From: a virus
Strand: one strand, 5' to 3'
Length of the DNA: 25,476 nt
Virus genome (UHGV): UHGV-1800104
Under the pieces are notes generated by a model, which was not told the origin of the DNA, did no database searches, and was given only the letters and a program-made list of their open reading frames with translations. The position numbers and the translations under genes are program-made. Below are positions 22,484 through 25,476 of this stretch, in pieces (the first letter of the stretch is position 1; the number at the start of each line of letters is the position of its first letter).

Positions 22484-25476
22484 ATGGGGGCTGATAAAAC
22501 GAACAACATAATGACACTATCCTCTGGTGTCTCACAGCCTTTGCTTGCTGATGTTCAATATTTCGAACTCTATAGTAGTTCGGCTCTTAACAGAAAACTA
22601 AAAAATATTGTTTTGCCTGGCTTTTACTGTGGATTTGAACCAGTTCCCGGCACAGGGTTGAGCGTCCGTATAACTTCTGAAAATTCAGAAGGTAAAGGGG
22701 CTGCTTCAGTAGATGTAAATAATGTTCAGATATCCGTTCAGCAAATAGAAGATGTGACTGTCTCGGTAAAGGCAGGGGCTACCAACATTATTGTGCTGGA
22801 AGCCAATTTTGAACATGGTGTAAAAACGACACAGGTAGATAGCACATCTTCTGTCAGTGCTGCAAGAATTTACGCGCGTACGGACAATACTATTGGGCAG
22901 AATCAAATTGAATTATGTCGAGTTATCGTGCCTAGCGGCGCAACGGCTGTGACTAAAGAAATGATTGTGCTTAAATACCGGGTTAACCGTGCTGTTGGTG
23001 TCGAATTCTCTAATGAAATAAGCAGTACAGAAGAAAGAAAAGCGGCTACACCTCTGGCTGTCAAAACTCTCCATGATTTGGTTGATACAAAAGCTCCGCT
23101 CGATAGTCCGCATCTGTCAGGTACGCCGACTTCGCCAACACCTGAACCCGGTACAAAAAACACACAGATCGCAAATGCGGCCTTTGTCTATGCAGCTATA
23201 AATGCGCTTATCAATGGTGCTCCGGGAACGATGGACACGCTGAAAGAAATTGCAGCAGCCATCAATAACGACCCAAAATTCAGCGAAACTATCAATAACG
23301 CACTGGCTCTTAAAGCTCCTTTGGCAAGCCCTGTGTTCACAGGTACGCCGACAGCGCCTACGGCCTCACAAGGCACAAATAGCACGCAGATTGCAAATAC
23401 AGCCTTTGTTAAGGAAGCCATAACGGCACTTATCAACGGTGCACCTGGCACACTGGATACGCTTAAAGAAATAGCTGCTGCGATCAATAACGACCCGAAT
23501 TTCAGCACAACTATCAATAATGCCCTGGCTCTCAAAGCGCCTTTGGCAAGCCCTGCATTAACGGGTGTCCCTACTGCGCCGACCGCCGCACAGGGCACAA
23601 ATAATACGCAGATTGCTACGACCGCTTATGTAAGAGCTGCCATTTCCGCATTGGTTGGTTCATCACCAGAAGCTCTTGATACCCTGAATGAGCTTGCCGC
23701 AGCACTTGGCAATGACCCGAACTTTGCGACAACAATGACAAATGCGCTGGCAGGCAAACAGCCTCTGGATGCAACTTTAACCGCGCTTGCTGCCCTTGCG
23801 ACTGGTGCAAACAAACTGCCTTATTTCACCGGTAAGGATACGGTAGCGCAGACTGATTTAACGTCAGTCGGTCGCGATATTCTGGCTAAAACAAGCACAC
23901 TGGCCGTTATCCAATACCTTGGTTTAAGAGAACTCGGTACCAGCGGTGAAAAGATCCCCCTGTTGAGTACGGCTAACACATGGAGTGCGCGCCAGACTTT
24001 CAACGGCGGGATCACCGGGGCGCTGACAGGGAACGCCGATACCGCGACGAAATTGAAAACAGCCATAAACATTAATGGCGTCAGGTTCGATGGTTCGGCT
24101 GACATTACGTTGACTCCTAAAGATCTGGACGTTTACAGCAAAAGCGAAATAGACAATAAAAAAGGGATGAGAAAATACACTTTTTCAGCGCCTGCAAATG
24201 CAGTAAGCGGTAAGTGGTATCCTATAGTATTTCGCCGATCTAGAGGCAGTACCGATGAATTAGCCTCACGAGTTGTGATAACTACTTATTCCTCAGCTGG
24301 CGGATACGCCATGAATAATTGTGAATTTAATGGTTTTGTTATGCCTGGCGGTTGGTCTGATCGCGGTTCATATGCGGCTGGTTTTTTCTCAATATATTCT
24401 ACTGCTGAGCGAGCTATACACTCGATTATTTCAAGTGTGAAAGATGACGATTTGTGTAGTGTGTTTTACGTTGAAGCCAGAGCATTTCCTATCAAGATAT
24501 TTGCTGAGGAGGGCTTGAACGTAATTGTTCCAACTACTGACTATACCGTTGGTCAAGCCACCTATAAGTGGGGGGTCACAGATCCAGTAGCAGAAAGTAC
24601 AAATACTCAAACCATTCTGGATTTTAAAAATGGACGTGGTTATTACTGCTCACATCAGTTTGTTTCAAGCCTTTCAGGAAATGCAGCAACAGCAACGAAA
24701 TTAGCAAGTTCGATAAACATAGGTGGTGTATCCTTTGATGGTTCAGCCGATATAGATTTGCCTGGTGTGAATACAAAAGGTAATCAAGACACTACCGGTA
24801 ATGCAGCGACAGCGACCAAGTTGCAGACAGCATGTACTATCAACGGCATCTCGTTTGACGGTTCTAAAAATATTGAGCTAACAGCGGAAAATTTAAATCT
24901 ACAGGAAACGGTAAACAAGGCTGATAACGCGGTTCAAAAGACAGGCGATTCCTTGTCCGGTGGACTTACTTTTGAAAACGACTCAATCCTTGCCTGGATT
25001 CGGAATACTGACTGGGCAAAGATTGGATTTAAAAATGATGCCGACAGCGATACTGATTCATACATGTGGTTTGAAACAGGCGACAACGGCAATGAATATT
25101 TCAAATGGAGAAGCAAACAAAGTACCACAACAAAAGACCTGATGAATCTTAAATGGGATGCTTTGTCTGTTCTTGTTAAAGCCCTTTTCAGCAGTGAAGT
25201 AAAAATATCGACAGTCAATGCACTGAGGATATTTAATTCATCTTTTGGTGCCATTTTTCGCCGTTCTGAAGAATGCCTGCATATCATCCCTACACGAGAG
25301 AATGAGGGAGAAAATGGTGATATAGGGCCATTACGCCCCTTTACGATTAACCTTAGAACTGGTCGGATAAGCATGGGGCATGGTCTGGATGTTACAGGAG
25401 ATATAACAACTAACTCCTGGGTGTATGCAAACAGGTTTGCTATTAATAGTGGTTCAACCTCATGGATTGATATGCG
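22484..25476 (+). CDS. tail fiber protein, 3'-truncated by the window end (at least 997 codons)
   Basis: Open frame from ATG 22484 (GAGGG about 6 nt upstream) to the window end; not in the ORF track because it lacks a stop. Holds three tandem 74-aa collar repeats (...NTQIANAAFV...LDTLKEIAAAINNDPNFS...ALALKAPLASP) and three copies of the GNA(A/D)TATKL...ING(V/I)xFDGSxxI tail-fiber repeat. Confidence 0.85.
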   Translation, partial: MGADKTNNIMTLSSGVSQPLLADVQYFELYSSSALNRKLKNIVLPGFYCGFEPVPGTGLSVRITSENSEGKGAASVDVNNVQISVQQIEDVTVSVKAGATNIIVLEANFEHGVKTTQVDSTSSVSAARIYARTDNTIGQNQIELCRVIVPSGATAVTKEMIVLKYRVNRAVGVEFSNEISSTEERKAATPLAVKTLHDLVDTKAPLDSPHLSGTPTSPTPEPGTKNTQIANAAFVYAAINALINGAPGTMDTLKEIAAAINNDPKFSETINNALALKAPLASPVFTGTPTAPTASQGTNSTQIANTAFVKEAITALINGAPGTLDTLKEIAAAINNDPNFSTTINNALALKAPLASPALTGVPTAPTAAQGTNNTQIATTAYVRAAISALVGSSPEALDTLNELAAALGNDPNFATTMTNALAGKQPLDATLTALAALATGANKLPYFTGKDTVAQTDLTSVGRDILAKTSTLAVIQYLGLRELGTSGEKIPLLSTANTWSARQTFNGGITGALTGNADTATKLKTAININGVRFDGSADITLTPKDLDVYSKSEIDNKKGMRKYTFSAPANAVSGKWYPIVFRRSRGSTDELASRVVITTYSSAGGYAMNNCEFNGFVMPGGWSDRGSYAAGFFSIYSTAERAIHSIISSVKDDDLCSVFYVEARAFPIKIFAEEGLNVIVPTTDYTVGQATYKWGVTDPVAESTNTQTILDFKNGRGYYCSHQFVSSLSGNAATATKLASSINIGGVSFDGSADIDLPGVNTKGNQDTTGNAATATKLQTACTINGISFDGSKNIELTAENLNLQETVNKADNAVQKTGDSLSGGLTFENDSILAWIRNTDWAKIGFKNDADSDTDSYMWFETGDNGNEYFKWRSKQSTTTKDLMNLKWDALSVLVKALFSSEVKISTVNALRIFNSSFGAIFRRSEECLHIIPTRENEGENGDIGPLRPFTINLRTGRISMGHGLDVTGDITTNSWVYANRFAINSGSTSWIDM
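23093..23758 (+). repeat. three tandem 222-bp coding repeats inside the tail fiber gene
   Basis: Copies at 23093..23314, 23315..23536 and 23537..23758 each encode 74 aa. Copies 1 and 2 are near-identical in protein but differ at synonymous positions; copy 3 is more diverged. Confidence 0.8.

Noticed and set aside
22706-24105. Several minus-strand ORFs (62 to 136 aa) inside the tail fiber gene
   Set aside because: They are antisense to a well-supported long coding frame and lie in the tandem repeat region, so their Ala/Gly-rich translations are repeat shadows with no RBS support.

Overview
This window reads as one end of a contractile-tailed (myovirus-type) phage genome that carries plasmid maintenance functions, abutting the chromosomal gene glnS. 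From left to right: the 5' end of glnS (minus strand, 1..184); a type Ib ParA partition ATPase with a small partner; an R1-like ParM/ParR actin-type partition operon with TTGAGAAT repeats upstream; a PAAR-like small protein translationally coupled to an unknown 267-aa protein; an overlapped Rz/Rz1-type spanin pair; a two-gene cassette of unknown function on the opposite strand; then a forward virion block (565-aa putative capsid protein, Ig-like protein, tail sheath, acidic/basic protein, putative tube). An F-plasmid RepE-like initiator gene flanked by iteron arrays, an AT-rich tract and a DnaA-box-like site interrupts the virion genes. After it come a tape-measure-like protein, baseplate proteins and a 3'-truncated tail fiber with internal tandem repeats. 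No integrase, tRNA, CRISPR array, holin or endolysin was recognised. The points most worth follow-up are the opposite-strand cassette (5010..5877), the RepE/iteron replicon inside the structural module, the PAAR-like pair, the acidic/basic protein and the glnS junction. All calls rest on reading the sequence and remembered family motifs; no searches were run.
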